Made by a program: the position numbers and the translations under genes. Positions 1-10,445 of a stretch of 64,000 bases of DNA are shown here, piece after piece (within the stretch, counting starts at the first letter, position 1; each line of letters opens with the position of its first letter). The notes below the pieces were generated by a model. The model was not told the DNA's origin and did not search any database. It saw nothing but the letters and a program-made list of their open reading frames with translations. The DNA comes from Rhizodiscina lignyota (Eukaryota), in the NCBI GenBank assembly GCA_010015805.1, contig ML978129.1, forward strand, positions 186,001 through 250,000. The letters run 5' to 3'.

Positions 1-168
1 CTTCCCACAGAGACTATCCACTCGACTATCACCGTCAGCCAGCGAGCTGCTCAGATTGTCACCACCCTCCCAACAGAGACTTTCTACTCGACTATGACCC
101 TCGGCCAGCGAGCCCCTCAAATTGTCACCACACTCCCCGCAGAGACTATCCAATCCACTACCACTGTC
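1..168 (+). repeat. 66-bp coding tandem repeat, ~2.5 copies visible
   Basis: cagagact recurs at 66-nt spacing; cagcgagc..ctca.attgtcaccac recurs at the same period. Confidence 0.8.
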
Positions 169-366
169 TCGCTCCCGACTACATCTATTGACACCACCCT
201 GGTTGAAAATATCACGGAAGAGATCCACGTGACCTCGACCACGACTCCGCCCGTTTGGAACGACCCCAAGGTTCTCAGCCATATCGCAGAGATGATCTAC
301 CTTGAAACCGTTGCAACTGCCGTTCCGGAGATTGCTGCGGATATTGCTGCGGAGATTGCTGTTTGA
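1..366 (+). CDS. 3' end of a Thr-rich repeat-containing protein (5' truncated by window)
   Basis: Open frame from base 1 to TGA at 364-366; 22-aa repeats LPTETIHSTITVSQRAAQIVTT / LPTETFYSTMTLGQRAPQIVTT / LPAETIQSTTTV. Confidence 0.6.
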   Translation, partial: LPTETIHSTITVSQRAAQIVTTLPTETFYSTMTLGQRAPQIVTTLPAETIQSTTTVSLPTTSIDTTLVENITEEIHVTSTTTPPVWNDPKVLSHIAEMIYLETVATAVPEIAADIAAEIAV

Positions 367-607
367 GCAATAGGCAATCACTTTCGACGAATAGGCGGAA
401 AGGAATTGGCCGGAGCGTCCGAGACAGGTATTGGGAATGGAGTTTGGGAGTTACTGGATTTTGACGTTTCCCCCAGCATTTCGCAGTCTTCTTCAAGGGT
501 GAAGGAAAACAGCACCAGTTTCATGTCATGAAGGTGCTTGTTATTCTGTTGACTGTCTTGCTGGTTTCGTTGTAGTAGTAATAGCTCGTTGCTTTCATTA
601 ATTCACA

Positions 608-1693
608 TTACACAACACCATCTTCCGCTCCAGCGTGATGAGAACCATGCGATGTGTGGCTTCCACTGAGCCTCAGGACCCTCTTGACGCCCTCCACGCC
701 CTTCTTGAAGTGTGGATGGTGCGCCAGTATGCCCTCTCCGAGCCCAATGCCATGCGCACCCTCTTCTCCGTCCTTCATTTCACCATTGTGCAAGCCCATA
801 GCTACCTCGAGCCCCAGATCTCTGCCGTTCTGTGACTTCTTGAGCCTTCGACCTGCGATTGCGGGTTCTATTGCCGCTACTTTCGGAGGCCATTCACCGT
901 TTTCTTTCCATCCTTGCACGAGTGACCGCGTCATGTCTACAAGGTTTATGGGAGTCGTGGGAGTTCGTGAAGAGTGGACGATCTTTGTGTAGATGTCTGA
1001 GTAGTGTCTTGGATCGATTGCTGCTCGTAATGGATTCGATGGGTCAATGAGAGGTGGTGGTATTGGGAGCAGTGGGTCGGTCTCTGGTAGCTCTTCCTCT
1101 TTATGTCCATTGAGTTCGCGATCGACAGAGCCTCCAGGAAGCTCAGCTTCGTCCGCCTTTGCTCCCTCCTTATGGCCGCCAGTCGCACTGTGCGCAGATG
1201 GGACATCGCTTCTCCGTCGTGCGCCCGTCCAGCCATTCCGTCTTTCGACAAAACATCTCAATCCCTCATTCCAGCTCATTTCCTCCTCCAGCCTGTCTTT
1301 CCGCCTCCGCTTTCTCTTTGCTATCCTCCGCTCGATCATCCCACCGATGGCATCAGGATTCTCAAACTTGAACTCCTTCGGGCCGTCTTCCTCTCCGCTC
1401 CTGGCTTCTTCCTCTTCCTGCTCTTCCTCTTCCTCGCTCTCGTCTGTAGTACCGTAATATCTCTCCTTATATACTGTGGGTTCGCGGTTCCTGAGCGCGT
1501 GACTCGCGACCTCTGGCGGGGCGTCGGAAGAGGCGGGAGGGCTAGGTGGAGGCCACTCCCAGTCGTTGCGGACGATGCTCAAGAGGTATTTCTTGATCTC
1601 GCGCGACGCAGACTGGTGGGCTTTCGTGTCCATTGTCGCGTTTCGCGCTCGTCGCGTGAGTGGTGAGTCGTTTCGTTGCGGGGTGTTTGTCAT
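608..1693 (-). CDS. DUF4050 / Gag1-like clamp domain protein
   Basis: 361-aa ORF with WNEGLRCFVERRNGWTG and IYTKIV..TPTTPINLVDM..LVQGWKENGEWP motifs typical of this fungal family. Confidence 0.8.
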   Translation of the reverse strand: MTNTPQRNDSPLTRRARNATMDTKAHQSASREIKKYLLSIVRNDWEWPPPSPPASSDAPPEVASHALRNREPTVYKERYYGTTDESEEEEEQEEEEARSGEEDGPKEFKFENPDAIGGMIERRIAKRKRRRKDRLEEEMSWNEGLRCFVERRNGWTGARRRSDVPSAHSATGGHKEGAKADEAELPGGSVDRELNGHKEEELPETDPLLPIPPPLIDPSNPLRAAIDPRHYSDIYTKIVHSSRTPTTPINLVDMTRSLVQGWKENGEWPPKVAAIEPAIAGRRLKKSQNGRDLGLEVAMGLHNGEMKDGEEGAHGIGLGEGILAHHPHFKKGVEGVKRVLRLSGSHTSHGSHHAGAEDGVV

Positions 1694-3385
1694 GCAAAGG
1701 TCAGCCCAAAGAGTGGCAACATTACAAATGCTAGGGTATCTTGGGTCGTAATATCATTATAGAGAAAGGAATCGAGCCTTTGACTAGTGCGATGCGCTCG
1801 AATATAACGATGGACGCTGCATTGTAGCGAGAGTTCGATGAAAGAGGTGTTTCTCATTGAACGTCATTATTTGCTGATCACCATGGAGGATCGTGGCTGC
1901 ATCTCGCCCGAAAAGCTTGTTTCCCGAAGGAGACATCGTGTTTCTCAACTACACACCTCCATGTTTCTTCAACTACGAACAGAGCTCGTTATTCTGGCCT
2001 CTGATCGATAGAAGACCCTTCCGATGGCATATACTCATATCAGCGCTCTAGCATTGCTCCACTATTCTAACCAGCCCTGCGAGGGCGTCATGCTAGAGTA
2101 CCAGTCCAGTTATTACTATTTCTATTGCTTCTCAATTTGCTCTTCTTGCGCAATTAGCCCTGTTGACTACGTGCAACTCTCGTACAGCGCTGTGAGGCTT
2201 CGATTGTTCCCTATCTTTGATGAGCATTCGGTCACTCTACAGACCAGGACTGGGGCATCAAAGTCATCAATATCACAAGCCGAACCTTTCTCTCCGACCA
2301 GTGTGAAATTAATTGGTCTATATTCGAGCCTCTGTCTAATTCGCGACTGATAGAGCACTTGCGCGACCAGCCAGTCGTAAGCTGAACATTCGCCAATGCC
2401 AAAGAACAATCATGGCACACAAGGCTGGACAAGCTGCGGCGCATGGAGAACTGGGGAGATGAACCATTCCGGATCGTGTGAGAATTGGAAAGAGCCGCGA
2501 ATTCAGCTTGTTAGTGTGACAGCGAAGGACTCCGCATAAGCCAATATACTTGTTTGGCGAATCTCCATGTTTTGGAGTGGCGCTCCCGTACGGCATGAAC
2601 GTTATCGAGTCAGAGAGTTCGCCCTCGGTTGAACTGATCGAGTCGGTGTCGAATCAATCGTGAAAGAGAACGAAAACTACGACCGTTAGCGCGTGGTGCA
2701 TTTTCTATCAGTGTCTAGCTCTATGGACGTGATTGCCTCAATCGCGAGATGGTTGAGCGTAAGGTGGGTCAGAGGCATTGGATGCCTGGCAAATGTATTC
2801 ATGGAACCAGCTAATTAATATCTCGCAATTCTCTTCCCACAGAGGTCACTCGCACATACCGATTACAGTGTTTACGAAGAATTTTATCATGGTTATTATT
2901 TGAATGATTGTCCGCATTGCTTCTGTCCATCGACTTCTTTAGTTTCGAAGAGAAGACTTTTCAACAAGCGTCTTTGATCTTGCAACAAGGGCTTCCAGCA
3001 CCAGAGGCGAGGAAACCACAGGTCCTGAGCCTTCTCATTCGTGGAGGAGCAGAGTGAGAAGGTGGCCAAGTTGCGTCTGGTGTTTATCGAGTGAAGATAG
3101 ACTGTGATGGAGTAGGAAAGTAATGTGTAAACTTACTTGTTTGGCGAGGAATTACCAGAGCCCATCATCGTCGAGTGTCGACATAACGACACCGCGAACG
3201 ATGAACGGAATTTCTTGTTATGTGGAAAAGGTTGCTCGTAGAGAAAACAGCAGTATATATATATTCCAGAAGTGAGGGATCCTTACCTGGGCAGGGGTGC
3301 GGAGCAGGGTTTTAGGCGTTACCTAAAGTGCCAAGCCCAATTTAGCAGCAGCGCGGCGTGACCGCGCGACCCGCATCCCGTCAGA

Positions 3386-3391
3386 ACGCGT
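3386..3391 (+). promoter_or_regulatory. MCB (MluI cell-cycle box) element upstream of RFC1
   Basis: ACGCGT ~140 bp upstream of the RFC1 ATG, with further CGCG cores nearby; fits an S-phase replication gene. Confidence 0.4.
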
Positions 3392-3527
3392 CGTGAAGTC
3401 CAGCGACCTTCACACTTTGCTTTCGTTACCACCCGCTCTCAGACCGCGTGTCTCTGGCTCTTGTGCTTCGCTTTATGCTTTCTCCGGCCCTCAATCTGTA
3501 GCAGCATTGTGCGATTAGCTGTACAGT

Positions 3528-6500
3528 ATGCCGGCAGATATCCGCAGCTTCTTTGGAGGCAAGCCCGCTGGCACGCCTGCCAAAAAGGATGAGGTGCGTT
3601 GTTCCCTACTTCCTCATGGCCATGGGAATGAGGTAAGCGCAGGCAGAAGTCATGAGCTCATGCCCCTCCATGGCCATGAGATTTGAAAGCTTGCGCTTAT
3701 TTATCGCTTTATGCCTGAACTTTAATCTTCCTTCACATCCCCCTCATGGCCATGGCCACGAGCTCATGACTTTTGATTGCGTTCGGTCACCTCATGCCCA
3801 TGCCCATGCGAGCTCTTGAATTTTCTTCACCTTCGCCCCCTTGTTGCACTTCCGAGTTTTAAAGCATCCCGCCGCCATGCCTCCAAAGAAGCGCAAGGCG
3901 ACTAGTACGCTCACACCTCGACAGCCACCAGCGAAGAAGTCGCAGAAAGGCCGAAAGCGAGCTATCGTAGATGACTCCGATGAGGATGTTGTCGAAACCA
4001 AGTGAGCCCCGGATATTCATGTTAGGCTTGCAGTGCTAATCAATCTTTAGACCCAAGAAGACCACGCCGAGGAAAAAACAAGCGTCAGTCATTAATCGTA
4101 ATGCTATCAAGGTCCAAGAATCTGATAACTCAATAGGCAGCGAGAGCCATCTCCTGTTGGCGAGACCACCACGACGTCTGAGTTCTTCGGCAAGTCCAAG
4201 CCCAAGCGTTCTGAACCTGTAAAATCAAAGCCAGCAACCAATGGTTCAACCGCTACACCTTCGAAGAAGACCAATGGCACGACAGCTTCCTCCACCAAGA
4301 CACCTCCTTCGAAACCTAGGACGAATGGTCGAACATCTTCACGCAAGAAGAACCCACCCAAACCCGCTGACGAAATAGAAGATGACGACCACGCTTTCGA
4401 CGATGAGGATTTGGAAGACGACGATGTCTTCGAGGCAGGTTTCAAGAAGGGACCGAGGCACGACAGCTACAAGAAGGATCTAGATGAGGATGAGCCGTTG
4501 TTGCCGCAACAGCGCAGGGCAGGCAGGAAGCAGAAGCCAACCAAAGCAGATGACGATTTCGAGCCTGAAGATGAAGACGTGGAGATGGAAGATGTCGAAG
4601 AAGAAGCTGTGAAACCGAAAGCTTTAGAGCGAAATGCGAAAGACAAGCCTGCATCCGAGTCTTCATCTACGAAGAAGCGCAAGTCGCCTGAATTAGATGA
4701 TGAAGAGGATGACTATGCCTCTCCGAAGAAGGGCAAAGCTGCCAAGCGCTCACCTGCAAAGAAGAAGACCAAGAAAGATGAGGTTCAAGACAGTGCAGAA
4801 GTGCAAGCAATCCTCGCCAGTATCCCAACCATCAGGGCTCCATCACCTCCGCCCAAGGACGGCCAGTCTGCGAAGTTCAATTGGCGCACCGCAGGCAATG
4901 CTACCGCTGTACCTTCCGCTGCTGGATCTAAGGAGAAGCCCGTTGGTGCTGAGAACTGCCTGGCTGGCCTGACGTTTGTTTTCACCGGCGTTCTCGATAG
5001 CTTGGACCGTACCGAAGGCCAAGAGCTGGTGAAGCGATACGGTGGAAAGGTCACTGGTGCGCCTAGCAAGAACACTAGCTATGTTGTGCTCGGTAGCGAT
5101 GCTGGCCCAAAGAAGCTTGAAACCATCAAGGCACATGGCCTCAAGACCATCAACGAAGACGGGCTCTTTGAGCTCATCCGCAAGCTTCCTGCCAACGGAG
5201 GCGATAGCAAAGCAAGTGCAAAGTTTGAAGAGAAGCAACAGAAAGAGGCCCAAAAGGTCGAAGAGATGGCAGCAGAAATGGAAAAAGAGGAGCGCAGAGT
5301 TGGCGGTGCAGGTGGCAAAGCCTCTGCAAGCGGCAAGACGGCAGCAGCCTCGGGTCCAGATAGTCGTCTCTGGACTGCCAAATACGCTCCTACGGCTCTC
5401 AATCAGATTTGCGGCAACAAACCAGCAGTCGAAAAGCTCGCTCGTTGGTTGCGTAATTTCCCGAAGAACCAGCGCACCGGTTTCGTGATGGGCGGTGCCG
5501 ATGGCAGTGGAATCTATCGTGCTGTTATCATTCATGGCCCTCCTGGTATTGGCAAGACCACAGCAGCTCATCTCGTGGCGGAGTTGGAGGGCTACGACGT
5601 CGTCGAGAGCAACGCAAGCGACACTCGCAGTAAGAAGCTTGTCGAGACTGGCCTGAGAGGTGTGCTGAGCACAACTTCTCTTCTTGGGTACTTTGCAGCC
5701 GATGGCGAAAAGGTGGAGGAATCGAAACGCAAGCTCGTCTTGATCATGGATGAGGTCGATGGCATGTCTGCCGGTGATCGTGGCGGCGTGGGTGCTCTTG
5801 CGGCGGTGTGCAAGAAGACTCAGATTCCTATGATCCTCATCTGCAACGAACGCAGGCTTCCAAAGATGAAGCCCTTCGACCACGTTACATACGAATTGCC
5901 TTTCCGTAGGCCGACAACTGACCAGATCAGATCTCGAATCATGACAATCGCTCATCGAGAGGGACTGAATATTCCGGGAAATGTCATCAATGCTTTGATT
6001 GAGGGGAGCCGAGCTGACATACGTCAAGTTGTCAACATGTTATCCACAGCCAAATTGGACCAGTCGAATATGGATTTCGATCAGGGCAAGCAAATGTCCA
6101 AGAACTGGGAGAAGCATGTCATTCTCAAGCCATGGGACATTGTCACAAAGATTATGGGTGGCGGCTTGTTTGCACCCGCCAGCAAGTCTACTCTAAACGA
6201 CAAGACCGAGCTATACTTCAACGACCACGAGTTCAGTTACTTGATGCTGCAAGAGAATTACCTCGGTACCACTCCGATGCTGGCGAGCTCCATACATGAC
6301 CCGAAGGAGCGTAAGCTGAAAAACCTGGAGCTTGTCGAGAAGGCCGCCGAGAGTATCAGCGATGGTGATCTGGTGGATAGGATGATCCATGGTTCGCAAC
6401 AGCAGTGGAGTCTGATGCCGACACATGCCATCTTCAGCTTCGTCAGGCCAGCTTCCTTTATTGCCGGCAGCATGGCAGGCCACCAGACCGTGTTCACTTC

Positions 6501-7206
6501 ATGGCTGGGCAGGAACAGTACTCAAGGCAAACTCATGCGCATGATCAAGGAGATTCAGGGCCATATGCGCCTCAAGACGTCTGGTGACCGCCATGAAGTT
6601 AGACAGCAGTACCTCCCTATCCTGTGGGAGCAACTCGTCAATAAACTACAGGAAGAGGGCAAAGAGGGCGTTGATGAAGTTATCGATCTCATGGACAGTT
6701 ACTTCCTCACGAAGGACGACTTTGATGCCATCATGGAACTTGGTATTGGACCAATGGATTCGAAGGACGTGAAGCTTGAAACACAGACCAAGGCTGCCTT
6801 CACGCGACTGTGAGTGATTGCCCAAGCCTTCGGCATCTTGAGATGAACGCTGACAGTAGCCAGGTACAATCAACGATCCCATCCACTACCATTCATGAAA
6901 GCCAGCAATGTCATCGCCCCCAAGAAGCAAGCTAAAGAGCGCCCCGATATCGAAGAAGCCATCGAAGAATCTGACGAGGGCGAAGTCGTGGAGGAAGTCA
7001 AGGACGATGAGGACGAGGATGTCGACGTCACCAAGGACAAGTACATCAAGCAGCCAAAGAAAAAGAAGGAGCCAGCGGCACAGAAGGGTGGCAAGGGAAA
7101 AGGTAAGAAAGCAAAGGCTGAGGTGGGTGAAGATAGTGAGGAGGATGAGAAACCTAAGAAGGGCAAGGCAGTTGCCAAAGGAAAGGGCCGTGGCAAGAAG
7201 GCTTAG
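3528..7206 (+). CDS. RFC1: Replication factor C large subunit; exons 3528-3593, 3925-4001, 4051-4083, 4137-6809, 6864-7206
   Basis: N-terminus MPADIRSFFGG, BRCT domain (LAGLTFVFTGVL), Walker A GPPGIGKTT, Walker B LIMDEVDGM, C-terminal KAAFTRLYN; all junctions GT-AG and frame-consistent. Confidence 0.96.
3613..3812 (+). repeat. Long imperfect inverted repeat / RNA hairpin in RFC1 intron 1
   Basis: 3668-3680 pairs perfectly with 3743-3755; 3644-3662 with 3757-3775; 3636-3642 with 3777-3783; 3613-3634 with 3789-3812. Confidence 0.9.
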
Positions 7207-7499
7207 AATGATTTGAAGAACGTCGGCGTCTGCATTTAGCGGGACAAGATATACTGCATTCTGTTTATGGAGGGACTCAATGGACCAAATTGCGATGGAG
7301 TTAGGCTAGAACTGTAAAGTTGTTTTAGACTCATCATAGAACAACCGCAGTATATCAGATCGTATCTCATACAACCGGACTTTGCTGTGCTCTCATACAT
7401 GCGTGCTAGGTGACAATTGCATAGTCGCAGAAGTCAGAACTACAATCGAGCATGCTTCTGCTCATACCGTAACAGTTTTTGTGCCTCAGTTCCGGAAGC

Positions 7500-8520
7500 G
7501 CTAGACTTTCATGGACAGCGTATACCTATCGCCATAGCTGCGCTAATGTTGCATTCAGCATCAAGGTTGTTAGGTTGTCGAGGTGCAATGAGCGACACAG
7601 CTAGCTTGTGCCCGAAGGTGTTGAGGCAGTTATGCAATATCAAGCAGCTTCGCTTCTCATTCAACCAATTTCCTCCGCTGCCATACACGCAGGAAAGGTG
7701 ATAAATGTATAATTGCAAGGCCAAAGGACGGCTAAGCAGGCTTCTGCTTTTATTGTATCCGCATTTGCGCGTTAATTCAGTAGATGTTACTTCAACAAGC
7801 GGCGATAACCATCGACATAGCCGCGACAGCACTGCATTTGGTATAAGGATTGTTGAGGTGCAATAAGTTGCATAGCTTCACCACCGTTTCGCACAGATCG
7901 GATATATGAGCGGGTTGAGTACTCCTTTTGTTGGGCTTCGCCATCGCCATACACGCAAGATGCATGACAACATGAAGGGTTCAATCGCACGAGGCAGAAG
8001 TCCGGTTGACCACGCTTCTGCTAATACTGTTACCATCTTTGTAAGTAGATTAAGAACATCCTAGGTCGTGATCGAGCAGTGAAGCATCATTTATATAGCA
8101 GCGATCGCGTTGGGCTCAGAACAGCGGTGGTGGAGGGCGAATGAGCCCCAGAGCTTCACCACCATCGCGCACAGACCATCTACATCAAGTAGTATCGCCA
8201 CTCTTACAATTCGCCTTAGCTCTGCCCGTATACGCAAAGTAGACGACAAGTGAATAATCGTCTAAGGCAGAAAGCTAGCTGACTAAGCTTGTAGTTGTAT
8301 TGTATCCCCATCTGCGAATGAATTCAGGGGCAATTAGCCCTTCAGCAAGCAGCGAAATATCATATACATAGCCGCGATAGCATTGGAATCGGCACGACGG
8401 TGGCGGAGTCGGAATGGACGGCGCAGCTTGTACGTCGGCACAGCGTCCCCTCTCTTCAAGCTCGGGCATATCACGGCATTGCACGAAGTAAGACAGTAAT
8501 GTGCGAGACGGAAGCTCTCA
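7500..8520 (-). pseudogene. Decayed gene built of four ~278-bp tandem units (~92-aa repeat)
   Basis: Anchor motif (c/t)atagc.gcg at 7533, 7816, 8094, 8367; gcttcaccacc at 7875 and 8153; minus-strand peptides ISAAMAI / AVAAMSM / AIAAI*M / AIAAMYM interrupted by stops and frame changes. Confidence 0.55.
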
Positions 8521-8651
8521 TTCACTTTTGCGGTTAAACGATGTTGTGTTAATTGATGCTGTCATTTGCTTATCATTTTGGTGGGGAGAAGCCCCAAATC
8601 ATTCCTCACCCTGAGGGTGGTACAGTCTGGTGTGAAGTGAAAGGAAAGTGT

Positions 8652-10445
8652 CTAGTGGTTGCCACCACGGAATGCTCGCTCGTACTCGGCGCAGCGCGCC
8701 TTGTACACCGCCAACTCCTTCTTGAGGTCCTCCTTCTTGTCCATCTTCTCTGCGTTGGCACGTGCAACGGCCTCCGCGCGAAGCTCCTTGTTCTCCGCCT
8801 CCAGCTCCGTGATGAGCATGTTGTACCAGTTGAGATCCTCCTGGCGGTTGTTGAGCTCCTGGAAGAGGTGCTGGACGTTCTGAGCGAGCTCGTCGGCTCT
8901 GACGCGCAAGCCCTTCTTCATGTCGTCGATGGACGACACATGGTCGGAGAGGTGCTGAAGATACTTGAGAGTCTTGGCCATGCTGAGCTTGACGACCTTG
9001 CGAGAAGCGGGAACTTGGGCACCGGTAGTGGTTGCTGGATGAGGCTTTGCGGCAGTGGGAGCGACTGCTGGATGAGGCTTTGCGGCGGTGGGAGCGGCTG
9101 CTGAGCCTGGATGAGTCGAGAGGGCGAAGCCTTGAACGTTGGCAGCTGCAGCGCCTAGAGCCGGCGGCATAGGGCCTGGACCAGATATGCGTGGAACTCC
9201 GGCAGCGAAGGCGGCACGGATGTTGTCGAAGGTGGCGGTCGAGATCATGACGCCAGATGCACGGTCGAACTCGGCCGACTTGAGGGTCTCCACAGTCTTG
9301 GTGCGCTGATGGCCGCCTTGTTGATGAGCGTCCTCAGTTGGAGTGGCATCCTTAGCACTGCCAGTGATATCGGCCTCGAGCATCTCGATTGCCTTCTGAA
9401 GACCGTTCCTGAACACGGTGAAATCCATCGGCAACTTGCCTGGATAGATGGTCATCAAGGCGCGAGCGAGGCCTTGGGGCGTGAAGAGGTTCTCGTCACT
9501 CTCTTCGGTAACGTCAGAGCCTGAAGCGAACGATCCGTGCGTGGCCACTATCGAGCACTTAGAGACGTCGCTACTAACGTAGAACCATTTCATTTTCAAC
9601 TTGCCTGCGTGCTTCAGTGCTTCCTTGAGATCTTCGATGGTGATACCCATCTCCCTCAACGGGAGAGACTTGTACTTCCTAACCACATTCCAGTAATTAT
9701 TTGTAGTAACATGATTCTCATGAGACTCATACTTAGATGCGCGCTTGGCACCCTTGGGGGCTGGCTGCAGAGAGTCTGGCTCCAGATTGCCTGGCTCCAG
9801 ATTGCCTGGTGGCAGAGCATCGGTCATGTGGCGGGGACCAGTTGGCTCCATGGCGTCGGTCGGATCACGGATCATGGACGGGTGCGTCTCGACAGTGTAC
9901 TCAGGCGTCATCATCATCTGCTGCATCTCGCGCTCGATCGCATTCATTGGAGGCTCCTCTATGCGCACAGGTACTGCAGTGCCGTCGGCGTGAACCCCGA
10001 CGTAGTAATTGGGAGGGAACAGGTTGCGTTGAACCGGAGGTGGGCGAGGTGGAGCGGTCTCGTTGTAGGGGAAAGCGTAGCGGAAGTTGCCTGCTCCGAA
10101 CTGCGGGGGAAGCGTGACGCGATCTGTTCCCGCTCGAGGACGTGGTGTTCCCGGACGAACAGTCTTCTTGCTAGGCTCTCCAGCGGTAAGATTGTTTGGC
10201 TCCATGTCAAAGCCAGAAAACTGGGTACCTGATTGAGCGAGATAGTGAAGCTTTGGTACCACCACAATGTTGGGTGGGCCGTAGGTAGTATCTACGGATT
10301 GCAGAAGTGAAGGAGAAACAACAGGCGTCGCGTCTGTGGGTGTCGCGTCGTTGCGAATCTTTTGGAGCTCGCTGGCAATGTCGCTGACGAGCTGAGCTGA
10401 CCTCAGAAGGAAAGTCTCAAAATCCGCGTCTTGCGGAAAGCTCAT
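8652..10445 (-). CDS. Hypothetical protein, Pro/Ala-rich with C-terminal coiled coil
   Basis: 597-aa intronless ORF with coding-like codon use; heptad-rich C-terminus; no family recognised. Confidence 0.75.
   Translation of the reverse strand: MSFPQDADFETFLLRSAQLVSDIASELQKIRNDATPTDATPVVSPSLLQSVDTTYGPPNIVVVPKLHYLAQSGTQFSGFDMEPNNLTAGEPSKKTVRPGTPRPRAGTDRVTLPPQFGAGNFRYAFPYNETAPPRPPPVQRNLFPPNYYVGVHADGTAVPVRIEEPPMNAIEREMQQMMMTPEYTVETHPSMIRDPTDAMEPTGPRHMTDALPPGNLEPGNLEPDSLQPAPKGAKRASKYESHENHVTTNNYWNVVRKYKSLPLREMGITIEDLKEALKHAGKLKMKWFYVSSDVSKCSIVATHGSFASGSDVTEESDENLFTPQGLARALMTIYPGKLPMDFTVFRNGLQKAIEMLEADITGSAKDATPTEDAHQQGGHQRTKTVETLKSAEFDRASGVMISTATFDNIRAAFAAGVPRISGPGPMPPALGAAAANVQGFALSTHPGSAAAPTAAKPHPAVAPTAAKPHPATTTGAQVPASRKVVKLSMAKTLKYLQHLSDHVSSIDDMKKGLRVRADELAQNVQHLFQELNNRQEDLNWYNMLITELEAENKELRAEAVARANAEKMDKKEDLKKELAVYKARCAEYERAFRGGNH
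9033..9103. repeat. 33-bp tandem duplication (APTAAKPHPA) inside the orphan ORF
   Basis: tgctggatgaggctttgcggc(a/g)gtgggagcg twice; a 15-bp repeat (NLEPG) also occurs at 9776-9805. Confidence 0.85.

Noticed and set aside
3281..3300. CTTACCTGG resembling the U1 snRNA 5' end
   Set aside because: No U1-70K loop, U1A loop (ATTGCAC) or Sm site downstream
4843..6027. 394-aa antisense ORF over RFC1 (and similar shadow ORFs such as 30557-31390, 9537-10232)
   Set aside because: Antisense shadows of codon-biased real genes; no recognisable motifs
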